From the NCBI GenBank assembly GCA_044070495.1, contig JBIPSI010000004.1, forward strand, positions 64,001-128,000: a stretch of DNA of 64,000 nt. Direction: 5' to 3'. This stretch comes from Spirulina sp. (GTDB lineage: Bacteria > Cyanobacteriota > Cyanobacteriia > Phormidesmidales > Phormidesmidaceae). A program made the translations under genes and the position numbers. Of this stretch, positions 11,163 through 21,530 are shown piece after piece (within the stretch, counting starts at the first letter, position 1; every line of letters begins with the position of its first letter). The notes beneath the pieces are model-generated. The model was not told the DNA's origin. It saw only the letters and a list, made by a program, of their open reading frames with translations, and ran no database searches.

Positions 11163-11330
11163 CGCCGTTCCTTAGAATTCGCCCACTAGCGCCCCCTGGG
11201 CCTAGCCAATAGTTCAGAATATCAGGAAATGAGCGGGGAACGCCTTCCCCTGGGGCCTAGGAACACAGCCATCTCACCCCACCAATCCGACCGAGGACTT
11301 CGCCTAAATTCTATGGCCACAGGAAAATCC

Positions 11331-11405
11331 ATGGCTTCCATCAACATCGTGCTCGATGCTGTGATGCAAGAGATTGAGCAAACGCCCGCTGAGTACCTTC
11401 TTGTG
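11331..11405 (+). pseudogene. Probable remnant of a small antitoxin-like gene
   Basis: MASINIVLDAVMQEIEQTPAEYL resembles the N-terminus of small cyanobacterial 'EIEQTPEEYL' proteins, then runs into unrelated sequence. Confidence 0.3.
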
Positions 11406-11537
11406 CCAATGGGGCTGGCCATGGCCGTGAGGTTTCGATTCCAGTCTCCCCCGTTGCGAGCGCTGCTCATTCCTTAACGGCTTAGGGGCAATCGCCTAGG
11501 GCATGTAGACAGGCCAGAGGGCGAGGCAGGTTCATGA

Positions 11538-11876
11538 TTAGAGGACGCGGGTAAGGGCGGCAATCTTGGACAATTTTGAAGCCTCTAGCCCCGCCAAATC
11601 CTCTGCCCCTAGCCAACCGTCTTTGGTGAGTTGGGCTAGCGCAAACAGAATTTCCTCGTCGTTGTCGCTGTCGTCGTACTTGCCGTCTAGGTCAAAGCGG
11701 CGGGCACTGAGGAAGTCATTCAACTGCCACACCTCCTCCAGGGAGGTGATTTCGCTGGAGCGTTGGCGCACCACTTGAATAATGGCGTCTACCTCGCGGC
11801 TGCGGGCGTTGGCCAAAGCGGCCTTAACGAGACTGATCTCTTGGACAGTCCACTGAGATTCGGTAACCTGCTTCAT
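11538..11876 (-). CDS. frp: Fluorescence recovery protein
   Basis: WTVQE...A..RE, VWQLNDFLSARRFDLDGKYD, KLSKIAALTR. Directly downstream of ocp. Confidence 0.93.
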   Translation of the reverse strand: MKQVTESQWTVQEISLVKAALANARSREVDAIIQVVRQRSSEITSLEEVWQLNDFLSARRFDLDGKYDDSDNDEEILFALAQLTKDGWLGAEDLAGLEASKLSKIAALTRVL

Positions 11877-11929
11877 TGAGTATTGGGAGAATCAATCTAC
11901 TGGTTTAATATCTCTCAATATTAAAGTAT

Positions 11930-11947
11930 TTTACATAACTTCACATT
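11930..11947. promoter_or_regulatory. HLR1-like (RpaB) direct repeat upstream of frp
   Basis: TTTACATA-AC-TTCACATT versus consensus (G/T)TTACA(T/A)(T/A)-N2-(G/T)TTACA(T/A)(T/A). Confidence 0.5.
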
Positions 11948-12113
11948 TTTATCAGAAAGACAGCCAGAGTCCTTGGGGTGAGGTCTCCGGCTGTGGTGTT
12001 TTCCTAAAACCCGATGGATGACCCCTGGTTTAGGTGGGCTAGGAGACCTCGCCCCTACCGTTTGGTGGGTCGGGGCGAGGGAACTCGGATTGGGTCTCAA
12101 ATCGGCGGTTAAG

Positions 12114-13073
12114 CTAACGGGCGAAGTTGAGCAGTTCTTTGGGAGAGGCTAGGAGGTCAATGGCGACGAAGAAAATCTTGCCCTCAGGATTCAGCAAAAA
12201 CCGCCAGGCAATATTCATGCCCACTCCGGCTCCAAACCAGGGGGTTTGCACTTTCCCGGTGACTTTGATCTGCGTGAAGCCATCATCTGCGGGTTCGGAG
12301 ACGCCCCGTTCTGGCAACAGCCGCAGGTTTTGGCACTCTTCCTTGAAGAACCGCAAAATGTTCTCTTTACCCACAATGGGGCGGCGGAAGGGGGGTTGTA
12401 GACCACCATCGGAGGTGAACAGTTCAATCAACGCCTCAAAGTCATTGGCGTTGAGGTTGTTCATGTACGACAGCACCGTCGGGTTATTGATGTCGGCAAT
12501 GGTGACCTGGGTGCGCTGGCCCATATCCTGGGGCGGCACCACAGGCTCGGCTACCCGCTGGGAGGAATCAAGCTTGCCCGTGTCAAAGCCCATGTCTACC
12601 ACGGAATTACGCAGCACCGTAATTTGCTGGCCTGCGTCGAGGTTGCGAATGGCTTGTAGCACGGAGGAGGCATTGGCGGATAGTTTATAGCCCTCCGGGA
12701 TGGGGGCCACGGAGCCTTCTTCCATCCATTGGCCGAGGCGATACCAGAACCCTAGCTTGATGTTGGGCGACCAGGAGGCATAGGTGCGGCAGATGGGGGT
12801 GTCGGCCCGGTTGGCCAGGTCGCACATAACCTGGGACTGCTGCTGGAAAGGCATGGCCTTAATCTCGGCCAAGGTTGGCTCGGCAAATTGCATACTGGCC
12901 GCACCGGGGGCGGCGATGGTGATGGCGTTGCCCATTTCGAGGTAGGCAAACCAGATTAGGGCAAGCTGATCTTCGGCACTGAGTTGATTAAAGCGGGCAA
13001 TGGTCGCAGGTACCGCATCAGCACTGAGAGTACTCGGAAAAATGGAGCGGGCAGAATCAATGGTAAAAGGCAT
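12114..13073 (-). CDS. ocp: Orange carotenoid protein (OCP1 type, paired with FRP)
   Basis: MPFTIDSARSIFP, DQLALIWFAY, KLGFWY, KVQTPWFG, IDLLASPKELLN. Confidence 0.98.
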   Translation of the reverse strand: MPFTIDSARSIFPSTLSADAVPATIARFNQLSAEDQLALIWFAYLEMGNAITIAAPGAASMQFAEPTLAEIKAMPFQQQSQVMCDLANRADTPICRTYASWSPNIKLGFWYRLGQWMEEGSVAPIPEGYKLSANASSVLQAIRNLDAGQQITVLRNSVVDMGFDTGKLDSSQRVAEPVVPPQDMGQRTQVTIADINNPTVLSYMNNLNANDFEALIELFTSDGGLQPPFRRPIVGKENILRFFKEECQNLRLLPERGVSEPADDGFTQIKVTGKVQTPWFGAGVGMNIAWRFLLNPEGKIFFVAIDLLASPKELLNFAR

Positions 13074-13418
13074 ATTAAGCCTCCAATATCAGGTTTTTGG
13101 CGAATCTTAACCTTTGGCATGGAAAAGGCTCCTACGACCTAGAGTACGGAATAGCGGCCCCTTTTCTTGTGAAGAAGTTCAAAGGGGTATGGTCTATGGA
13201 TACGATTAGTTTTCACCTCGTTTTCATTGCTCTTGGGCTATCGCCATCGGGTAGGCCGCTCAGCCCGTCACTCCCTTGGTCAAGGCCCCCCGCCCGCCAA
13301 CGACGCTTGCGGCCTTGGCCTATCCGCGCAACAAGGTCAATGCCGCCGCCTTTGCGCTGGCACATTAAAATAGGGACGCTGGCCTTTCGGCGTTTTTCCT
13401 TCCTTTGGTGCCCATCCC

Positions 13419-16064
13419 GTGCCTGATCTTGCCCAACTGTTCCCGTTTCCCTTAGATACCTTTCAGCTTAAGGCCGTTGCCGCCCTGGATGCCGGGAAGT
13501 CGGTGGTGGTCTGTGCGCCCACGGGATCGGGCAAAACCCTGGTGGGAGAATACGCCATCCATCGTGCTCTAGCCCACGGCAAGCGGGTGTTTTATACCAC
13601 GCCATTGAAGGCGCTGTCGAACCAAAAGCTGCGGGACTTTCGGGAGCAGTTTGGCCATGAACAGGTGGGACTGCTGACCGGGGATATTTCCATCAACCGG
13701 GACGCGCCCATTGTGGTGATGACCACGGAAATTTTTCGCAACATGCTCTATGGCACCCGCATCGGCGAAACCGGGACGACCCTACAACAGGTGGAGGCCG
13801 TGGTGCTAGACGAGTGCCACTACATGAACGACCGCCAGCGGGGCACCGTTTGGGAGGAATCCATTATCTACTGCCCCCCCGAAATTCAGCTTCTCGCCCT
13901 CTCCGCCACGGTGGAAAATAGCGGCCAGCTTACCGACTGGCTGCAAAAGGTCCATGGCCCCACGGAGTTGATCTATTCCAACTTTCGCCCGGTGCCCCTG
14001 GAGTTCCACTACTGCACCACCAAGCGCCTGGTGCCCCTGCTGGATAGCAGCAACAAAAAAATGCACCCCCAGCTCAAAAAGCAGCGCCCCCCCCAGCGTC
14101 AGCCCGGTCGCCGCAACCAAAACCGGGTGGGCCTCGCCTTTGCGGTGGGACAGCTTCAGCAGCGGGATATGCTGCCTGCGATTTACTTCATCTTCAGCCG
14201 CCGGGGCTGCGACAAGGCGGTGGATGAGGTCAGCGGTCTGTCCTTGGTGAACGAGGAGGAATCACGCCGCCTGAAAGAACGCATCGACATTTTCCTCGCC
14301 CACAACCCCGATGCCGGACGGGCCGGACAGGTGGAGCCGCTGTATCGAGGCATTGCCGCCCACCACGCCGGAATTTTGCCCCTGTGGAAGGGCTTGGTGG
14401 AAGAACTGTTCCAGGAAGGCTTAATCAAAGTGGTGTTTGCCACCGAAACCCTGGCGGCGGGGATCAACATGCCCGCCCGTACCACGGTGATTTCCAGTCT
14501 GTCTAAACGGACAGACATGGGCCATCGGCTGCTGACCGCCTCGGAATTTTTGCAGATGGCGGGGCGGGCCGGACGGCGGGGCATGGACTTGCAGGGGCAC
14601 GTCGTCACCGTGGAAAGCCCCTTTGAGGGATCGCGAGAGGCGGTGCATTTGGCCACCTCAGGGCCGGATCCTCTGGTCAGCCAGTTCACCCCCAGCTATG
14701 GCATGGTGCTCAACCTGCTGCAAACCCATAGCCTGGAGGAAGCCAAAGATCTCATCGAGCGCAGCTTTGGCCAATACCTCGCCACCCTGCACCTACAACC
14801 CCAGCAGGAGGAAATCGCCCGTCTAGAAAAAGAAATCGCCCACCACCAGGCCCAGTTGGACACCGTGGACGAGGCCATCCTCGCCGACTACGCCAAGCTG
14901 AAGGAGCGCATTAAAGAAGAGCGGCGGCTCTTGAAGATTCTGCAACAGCAGGCCACCACCGTCCTTGCCGAAGACGTGGCCAAGATGGTGCCCTTCGCCA
15001 TCGCCGGAACCCTACTCTCTCTCAAGGGCAAGCATATCCCCGTCCCCCAGCCCGTTCCCGCCGTGCTGGTAACGAAGTTGCAGGGATCGGGCCAATTCCC
15101 CTACCTGGTGTGCCTCACCCACGACAACCACTGGTACGTGGTCACAGCGGGGGATGTGGTGGGTCTCCATGCCGAAATTCCCCGCCTGCAAGCGGTGGAT
15201 CGCCTTGCCCCGCCCACCGACCTGCCCCCCACCCCCGGCCAACACCGCCGAGGGGATGCCGATAGCGCTGCCGTGGTTTCCCGCATGGTGCAGCCGCCCA
15301 GCCTGGAGGAACTGGCTCCCGAAGTCAAAGAACAACTCGACCGGATGCAGCAGGTGGAAATCGCCCTAGAGAACCACCCGGCCCGCCAGTGGGAAAACCC
15401 CACCGGGTTACTAAAGCGGCAAAAGTACCTGCAAAACCTGCGTAACGAACGGGCCGACCGCACCGACAAGCTGGCCCAATACACCGGGCGCTACTGGCAG
15501 GAATTTCTTGACATTATGGACGTGCTGAAGCACTTTGGTGCCCTCGCCGACAACCAGCCCACGGAACTGGGCGAAATGGCCGCCGCCATCCGGGGCGACA
15601 ACGAACTGTGGCTGGCCCTGGCCCTGGCCTCCGGGGAATTTGACCATTTGGGTACCCCCCAATTTGCCACCGCCTTTGCCGCCCTGGTGACGGAAAACTC
15701 CCGCCCCGATAGCTGGTGTCGCTACAAGCTTTCTGGAGCGGTAGAAGAGGTGCTCGGTGGCCTCCATGGCCTGCGCCGCCAGCTCTTTCAGCAACAGCAC
15801 CGCCGCCGCATCGATGCCCCGATCTGGCTGGAGTACGACCTGGTGCCCATCGTCGAACAGTGGGCCTTGGGGGAAAACTGGGTCACCCTCTGTGCCAACA
15901 CCAGCCTCGACGAGGGCGACATCGTTCGCATCCTGCGCCGCACCCTGGATGTGCTGTCCCAAATTCCCCATGTGCCCTACCTGCCGGATCATTTGCGCCA
16001 AACCGCCCGTGCCGCCAAGGATTTGCTCAACCGCTTCCCCATCAACGAGGATGTAGAGGGCTGA
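13419..16064 (+). CDS. Ski2/HelY-like DExH RNA helicase
   Basis: APTGSGKT, DECH box, LSAT, ATETLAAGINMPA, QMAGRAGRRG, DSHCT-like C-terminus (DEGDIVR). Confidence 0.92.
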   Translation: MPDLAQLFPFPLDTFQLKAVAALDAGKSVVVCAPTGSGKTLVGEYAIHRALAHGKRVFYTTPLKALSNQKLRDFREQFGHEQVGLLTGDISINRDAPIVVMTTEIFRNMLYGTRIGETGTTLQQVEAVVLDECHYMNDRQRGTVWEESIIYCPPEIQLLALSATVENSGQLTDWLQKVHGPTELIYSNFRPVPLEFHYCTTKRLVPLLDSSNKKMHPQLKKQRPPQRQPGRRNQNRVGLAFAVGQLQQRDMLPAIYFIFSRRGCDKAVDEVSGLSLVNEEESRRLKERIDIFLAHNPDAGRAGQVEPLYRGIAAHHAGILPLWKGLVEELFQEGLIKVVFATETLAAGINMPARTTVISSLSKRTDMGHRLLTASEFLQMAGRAGRRGMDLQGHVVTVESPFEGSREAVHLATSGPDPLVSQFTPSYGMVLNLLQTHSLEEAKDLIERSFGQYLATLHLQPQQEEIARLEKEIAHHQAQLDTVDEAILADYAKLKERIKEERRLLKILQQQATTVLAEDVAKMVPFAIAGTLLSLKGKHIPVPQPVPAVLVTKLQGSGQFPYLVCLTHDNHWYVVTAGDVVGLHAEIPRLQAVDRLAPPTDLPPTPGQHRRGDADSAAVVSRMVQPPSLEELAPEVKEQLDRMQQVEIALENHPARQWENPTGLLKRQKYLQNLRNERADRTDKLAQYTGRYWQEFLDIMDVLKHFGALADNQPTELGEMAAAIRGDNELWLALALASGEFDHLGTPQFATAFAALVTENSRPDSWCRYKLSGAVEEVLGGLHGLRRQLFQQQHRRRIDAPIWLEYDLVPIVEQWALGENWVTLCANTSLDEGDIVRILRRTLDVLSQIPHVPYLPDHLRQTARAAKDLLNRFPINEDVEG

Positions 16065-16068
16065 TGGG

Positions 16069-16752
16069 CTAGACGGTACGGAGTAAGCTTAAAACCGCTT
16101 CGGCGGTCACTTCCGAAGATGCAGGATTTTGCCCAGTTACCAAGTTACCATCACTGACCACGTAGGGTTGCCAGTTGTCGGCCTTAGAGTAGGTGCCGCC
16201 GTTACGTTTGAGCATGTCTTCCACCAAAAACGGCACCACCGCCGTCAGGCCCACAGCTTCTTCTTCGCTGTTGCTGAACCCGGTGACGGCTTTGTTGCTG
16301 ACCAAGGGCGATCCGTCGGCGTTTTTGGGGTGGCGCAGGGTGGCCGGGGCATGGCACACCGCCCCCACAGGCTTGCCCGCTCCGTAGAACGCCTCAATCA
16401 GGGCAATGGAGTGGGCATCTTCGGCCAAATCCCACAGCGGGCCATGGCCACCGGGATAGAACACGGCATCGTAGTCCTCGGCGGATAGGCTGGATAGCAC
16501 CACCGTATGGGCCAGGGCGGCTTGGGCCTCTGGGTCTTGGCGAAAGCGCTCCGTGGCCTCGGTTTGGGCATCGGGGGCATCGCTTTTGGGATCGAGGGGC
16601 GGTTGACCTCCCAGGGGCGAGGCAAGGGTGATCTCGGCCCCGGCATCTTTGAACACGTAGTAGGGCGTCGCAAATTCCTCTAGCCAAAATCCGGTTTTTT
16701 GGCCCGTGCTGCCAAGCTGATCGTGGGAGGTCAGAACCATCAGAATTTTCAT
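16069..16752 (-). CDS. DJ-1/PfpI family protein (Hsp31/glyoxalase III-like)
   Basis: TGFWLEE, PGGHGPLWDL, AVCHAP nucleophile, VTGQNPAS. SD AGGAG before the ATG at 16752. Confidence 0.9.
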   Translation of the reverse strand: MKILMVLTSHDQLGSTGQKTGFWLEEFATPYYVFKDAGAEITLASPLGGQPPLDPKSDAPDAQTEATERFRQDPEAQAALAHTVVLSSLSAEDYDAVFYPGGHGPLWDLAEDAHSIALIEAFYGAGKPVGAVCHAPATLRHPKNADGSPLVSNKAVTGFSNSEEEAVGLTAVVPFLVEDMLKRNGGTYSKADNWQPYVVSDGNLVTGQNPASSEVTAEAVLSLLRTV

Positions 16753-16818
16753 GGACAACTCCTGGGGTATGAGGGCGTGTGGGATATCGTCAAGTCAGCG
16801 GGCTTTGTTGCTGGATCG

Positions 16819-17133
16819 CTAGGGCACCGTGGCAGTACCCACCACGATCTCGGCCTGGTCGGGGGTAGCGGCGCGAATCACCACGGTATTAAACAGGCTG
16901 ATATCGGTGCCTGGGGGCACCGCCAAGTCAAAGGCAGATTGCTGAGCGGGAATTAGGCCCAGGGGAATGTGGCGTTTGGACAGGTTTCCGTTAATGGTCA
17001 AGACCGCCTCTAGGGCAAGATCGTCGGCACTGGTGCTGAAGTTTTGAAAGGAAAGCGTGGTGTGGTGATTCACGATAGCAGCCCCTACATAGCCGCTGGC
17101 GCTAAAATTTCCCTCTCCGGCCACCGTACCCAT
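16819..17133 (-). CDS. Small hypothetical protein, DM13-domain-like
   Basis: NFSTS...IPLG...VPPGTDISLFNTVVI...GTATV pattern resembles DM13. Confidence 0.45.
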   Translation of the reverse strand: MGTVAGEGNFSASGYVGAAIVNHHTTLSFQNFSTSADDLALEAVLTINGNLSKRHIPLGLIPAQQSAFDLAVPPGTDISLFNTVVIRAATPDQAEIVVGTATVP

Positions 17134-18166
17134 AGCATCGATCTCCTATCTATACTGTTCTGCTTACGTTGTTTTGTGTTGCCTGGATTCCTACGCTATC
17201 CCAGGGTGGGAGAAAAGGCAAAAGGTGCACCCACCGCCGTCCTAGACCAATCGGTTTGGCCCTAGTCACACCCTATCAGTCGCCTGAAGACGCACTGCCA
17301 TATCTCTGCCACAAAACTGTCATTGCTGCGAAATATGACCTTGCTAAGGTCTAAATCGTTACCAGTTGAGCGTTCGTCGAAGTAGGGACGGTAGGAGAAG
17401 GGAATGGCAACAAAACTGAAGCCCCATCGGCGAGGGACAACGAAAAACAACGGGAGAAATAGCGCAAACTTAACAACTCCCCTCCAGATGGTACGGTTCT
17501 CCGATGGGGAAACCCCCCTTGGGTGAACGCCCCAAACCCCAGATAATGTAGACATTGATAGGGGCTAAGGCCTAGGCATAGTGATAACTTTGCCGTGGAT
17601 AAAAAGGATCAAGGAGGTAGGAATTTTTAACGCTTGAAAGATCTCTTATCGGGGGCCTAAAGAGATCTTCCTAAAAAGGCCCGCTAGAAGTGGAAACTAA
17701 TTCCATGATCCGTACGTCATAAAGTTTTGTAAAGTCGAGCCTGCCCTTTACGCAACAGAGCGGTTGTTATATCCTGGAAGGAGAAACTCATAGTGATTAC
17801 GAGTTTACGCCGATGGCCCTGCCCATCCACCCAGGCCACCATAGAAGAGAAGTCTTCGTGAAGGGAAACCCTAGGGCACAGCATCTAGTTTGACTACGAG
17901 GGGCGACGTTGAGACGAGCCGGGTTGTCGCCCAACCCATCCTGCGAAGGCTAGTTTTGGCAAAAAAGGATAGCCATTAAAGCCAGTATCACCCCAAAACC
18001 GAGGCCAGCTCAGCATTGTGCGAGGCCGACGAGTTTTTATCCGGATAGTGTCCGCTGAGCGGAGATCCCTACGATACGATCCCCAGATTTTTTAAGACTT
18101 TCTTTGTTTGCAGAGCCATCAGAGTCAGGGCGTTACCAGCATTGTCAGTGGAGGAGAGGTCAACCG

Positions 18167-19150
18167 ATGACGAAAACCAAAACCCGTACTTTAAAAAACA
18201 AACCCCTCTATAGCGCCGATGCGGTGCGGACCTATCTCCATGAGATCGGGCGGGTTCCCCTGCTGACCCACGAAGAGGAAATTATCTTTGGCAAGCAGGT
18301 ACAAGCCTACATGGCGCTGCTGGAGCTAAAGGAATCCCTCACCGCCAGCCTAGATCGCGAACCCACCCGCAGCGAGTGGGCGGAAGCGGCTCAGATTGCC
18401 CCTGAGATGTTGGCTAAACAACTGCGCCAGGGCGAACGGGCCAAGCATAAGATGATCGAGGCCAACCTGCGCCTGGTGGTAGCCATTGCCAAGAAGTATC
18501 AAAAGCGCAACCTAGAATTTTTGGATCTGATCCAAGAAGGCACCCTGGGCCTAGAGCGGGGCGTGGAAAAATTTGATCCCACCAAGGGCTACAAGTTTTC
18601 GACCTACGCCTACTGGTGGATTCGTCAGGCCATTACCCGTGCCATTGCCCAGCAAGCACGCACCATTCGGTTGCCCATTCACATCACTGAAAAACTCAAC
18701 AAAATTAAGCGGGTGCAACGGGAGCTATCCCAACAGTTGGGTCGTGCCCCCAACGCCGCCGAAATTGGTGAAGCCCTGGAGCTTGATCCCAAGCAAATTC
18801 GGGAATTTTTGGTGCTGTCTCGCCAGCCTATTTCTCTGGATGTGCGGATTGGCGACAACCAAGACACCGAGCTACAAGAGCTGCTGGAGGACGATGGCAT
18901 TTCGCCGGAAACCTTCACCGCCCAAGAATCCCTTAAGCAGGACATTCGCAACCTGCTGTCGGAACTGACTCCGCAGCAAAAGGAAGTGATCACCCTGCGC
19001 TACGGCCTAGAGGACGGCAACGAGCTTTCCTTGGCCAAGGTGGGCAACCGCATGAACATCAGCCGCGAACGGGTGCGCCAGCTTGAGCAGCAAGCCCTCA
19101 AACACCTGCGTCGCCGCAAAGGGGCGATGCACGGCTACATTGCTAGCTAG
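18167..19150 (+). CDS. sigB: Group 2 RNA polymerase sigma factor (SigB-like)
   Basis: [71 protein letters not shown] before the ATG at 18167. Confidence 0.8.
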   Translation: MTKTKTRTLKNKPLYSADAVRTYLHEIGRVPLLTHEEEIIFGKQVQAYMALLELKESLTASLDREPTRSEWAEAAQIAPEMLAKQLRQGERAKHKMIEANLRLVVAIAKKYQKRNLEFLDLIQEGTLGLERGVEKFDPTKGYKFSTYAYWWIRQAITRAIAQQARTIRLPIHITEKLNKIKRVQRELSQQLGRAPNAAEIGEALELDPKQIREFLVLSRQPISLDVRIGDNQDTELQELLEDDGISPETFTAQESLKQDIRNLLSELTPQQKEVITLRYGLEDGNELSLAKVGNRMNISRERVRQLEQQALKHLRRRKGAMHGYIAS

Positions 19151-19163
19151 GTTCATCGGATCG

Positions 19164-19271
19164 TCTTATCTGGGGTGGATTGTTTCGCGAAGTCATCCAC
19201 CCCAGATAAGAGTCGCTAAAACTCGGACACAGGATCCCCGCACACCAGAGTTGTTTCTGGTGTGCGGTTTT
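19164..19271 (+). terminator. Double hairpin after the sigma gene; the second is an intrinsic terminator
   Basis: 17-bp perfect IR 19164-19180/19195-19211. 12-bp IR CCGCACACCAGA/TCTGGTGTGCGG at 19238-19267 followed by TTTT. Confidence 0.75.
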
Positions 19272-19514
19272 ATTTTATTGGGTCTTTATCCCATTCGTTA
19301 GGGTGCATTCGCGTAGCCCAGCCATGCCCCCAGGAATCGTGACCTCTGCCCCGATTCTGTTAAGTTTGGTGAACCAATGCCCCTAGTTTTTGGGGTTTGA
19401 GCTATTAGTTTGTCGTTTCCGTTGCCCAGGCGTTTCCGTTGGGGGCTGCCCCCGTCACAACCCTGGGTCGGATCGCGCAGATCCCGACTGGTTCACCTCC
19501 CACAGGTTCCGCCA

Positions 19515-21515
19515 ATGCGTCCTCGTTTTCTCCCACTCCAACGGCTTTCTAGCACAGCCCTATGGGCGGCTCTGGCTCTGATGGCTACGCCAGCCCTGGC
19601 CCAAACCGCCGCACCGGGCAGCCTACAACCAAGGGTTTCGGCCCCGACGGAACCTCCGACCTACACCCTCATCCATGTCAACGCGAGTTCCGGTAGCAAC
19701 ACCAGCGGCGACGGTAGCCAACTACGGCCCTACCAAACCATCACCCATGCCCTGGGGATCGCCACGGCTAACTCCATCGTGCTGTTGGCACCGGGGGAAT
19801 ACAGCGAGGCTAGCGGTGAGCGCTTTCCGATCCAACTGCGGACGGGGGTGACGGTGCAGGGATCGCCCAACAGCGGCCTAGGCGAAACGGTGATTCGCGG
19901 CAGCGGCATTTTTGCGAGTACGACGGCGGGCATGGTGCAGGCGACCTTGATTGGGGCCGATGGCGCAGGCCTAGGCCATGTGACGGTGACCAACACCAGT
20001 ACGGCAGGCTATGGACTGGTGATTGAAGCGGGACGTCCGGCCATTCGCCAAAACCAGTTTGTGGGTAGTGGCTATGGTGGCGCGTATGTGTCGGGGAATA
20101 GTGCCCCGGTGCTGGAGGGTAACCAGTTTAGCCGCAACGGGGTGGTGGGTCTGGTGTTGGAGGGGCACACCGCCGCTGAGGTGCGGGGCAACCGCTTTGA
20201 GCAAACGGGCATTGGCATTCGGGTGGCCCCTGGTGCCCAGCCGCAGATTATTAACAACACCATCGTTCAAAACCAGGAGGGGTTGCTGCTGGACGGCAAT
20301 GCCAATCCGCACCTTCAGGACAATGTGATCGCCCAAAATCGTCGCAATGGGGTGGTGGAGTTTCAAACCGCCCTCAAGGCCGAGGATTCCGCCCCAGAGG
20401 CGATCTTGCCTACGATGCCCGCCGTTCCCGCCGTGTTGCAAGCCCCGCCGACCACGGGTACCCCCCTGGCGATGGTGCCCCAAGCGCTAACGGCGGCCCC
20501 TCCGGCCCAGGTTTCGCCCATGCTTCCAGGATCTTCTCCCCAGGGGGCTGTTGCCACTGCCATGGTGGAGCCGCCGCCCCGTGCCCCTGCGCCTGCGTCG
20601 TCTGTGGCCCCCCCGCCAGAGGCCGCAAGTCCTACGGCGACAGCGGTTGCCAGTCCCGTGGCGATGACGTCTGCCCCGGCAGAGGCCAATCCCCCCGTTC
20701 TGGCCAGCCGATCCGCCACCCCCCTGCCGGATTCCCTGCCCTTAGCACGGCTGACGTCGTCGGCCAGCCCCCAGCCCGCCCCCGCAGCAGCCCCAGCCCG
20801 CCCCAACGCCCCGACCCTGGCCACGGAGACGACTGCCCTTGCGGTACCCGTCCCAGGGGCGACGGCATCTCCATCGGCCAGTGCAGCCCAGCCCAGCGCT
20901 ACCGTAGTGGCCGCCAGGGAAAGCCTACGACGGTGGCGGCAGTCGTCCCAAGCCGCCCAAGGCACCGCCGCCACCCCTGAAACGACCTCGGAGGCTAGTT
21001 CTGAAGCCGTCCCCATTGCGGTGATTCCGCCCCCGGTAGATACCGTCGCCAGGGCCAGCGAACTGCCCGGTCGTCCAGCCGCGCAGCTTGTGGCGGCGCA
21101 AAGCTCCCGTCCAGTGGCCTCGGCCCAGCCCGCCTCGGTATCTTCTCCTAGCGCCGCTCGTCCCACTAATCCTGACCTCTTGCCCGTGCCCAGCCGCACC
21201 ATTCCCGTTGGCAGTGGCGGCAGTGCGATCCCTAACCTGGCCCCTCCTAGCACGGTGACAGCCCTCAACGGTGCGCCCCCGGCTCCGCCCTCCTATGGGG
21301 GATTGTTGGGATTGGTCTACAAAGTGGTGGTGCCCGCCGCCGACTCGACTAGCCAAGCCCAGGTGCGTGCCGCTGTGGCGGATGCCTTCCGGGTCAACCT
21401 GGGCGGTCAAACTATGATGCAGGTAGGAGCCTACGCCGATGAAGCCACTGCCGAAGCCAGGGCCAATGAGCTAATTGCCCAGGGCTTTGAGGCCCGTGTG
21501 GAGTACCGCCCCTAG
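19515..21515 (+). CDS. Secreted DUF1565 beta-helix protein with Pro/Ala linker and C-terminal SPOR-like domain
   Basis: Signal peptide (PALA-Q), GDGSQLRPYQTITHAL, GEYSEASGERFPI, Asn-ladder repeats, C-terminal MQVGAYADEATAEARANEL. Confidence 0.8.
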   Translation: MRPRFLPLQRLSSTALWAALALMATPALAQTAAPGSLQPRVSAPTEPPTYTLIHVNASSGSNTSGDGSQLRPYQTITHALGIATANSIVLLAPGEYSEASGERFPIQLRTGVTVQGSPNSGLGETVIRGSGIFASTTAGMVQATLIGADGAGLGHVTVTNTSTAGYGLVIEAGRPAIRQNQFVGSGYGGAYVSGNSAPVLEGNQFSRNGVVGLVLEGHTAAEVRGNRFEQTGIGIRVAPGAQPQIINNTIVQNQEGLLLDGNANPHLQDNVIAQNRRNGVVEFQTALKAEDSAPEAILPTMPAVPAVLQAPPTTGTPLAMVPQALTAAPPAQVSPMLPGSSPQGAVATAMVEPPPRAPAPASSVAPPPEAASPTATAVASPVAMTSAPAEANPPVLASRSATPLPDSLPLARLTSSASPQPAPAAAPARPNAPTLATETTALAVPVPGATASPSASAAQPSATVVAARESLRRWRQSSQAAQGTAATPETTSEASSEAVPIAVIPPPVDTVARASELPGRPAAQLVAAQSSRPVASAQPASVSSPSAARPTNPDLLPVPSRTIPVGSGGSAIPNLAPPSTVTALNGAPPAPPSYGGLLGLVYKVVVPAADSTSQAQVRAAVADAFRVNLGGQTMMQVGAYADEATAEARANELIAQGFEARVEYRP

Positions 21516-21530
21516 GTTGGCATCAGGTCA

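Noticed and set aside
20363..21268. 301-aa minus-strand ORF
   Set aside because: Antisense of the Pro/Ala linker of the DUF1565 gene
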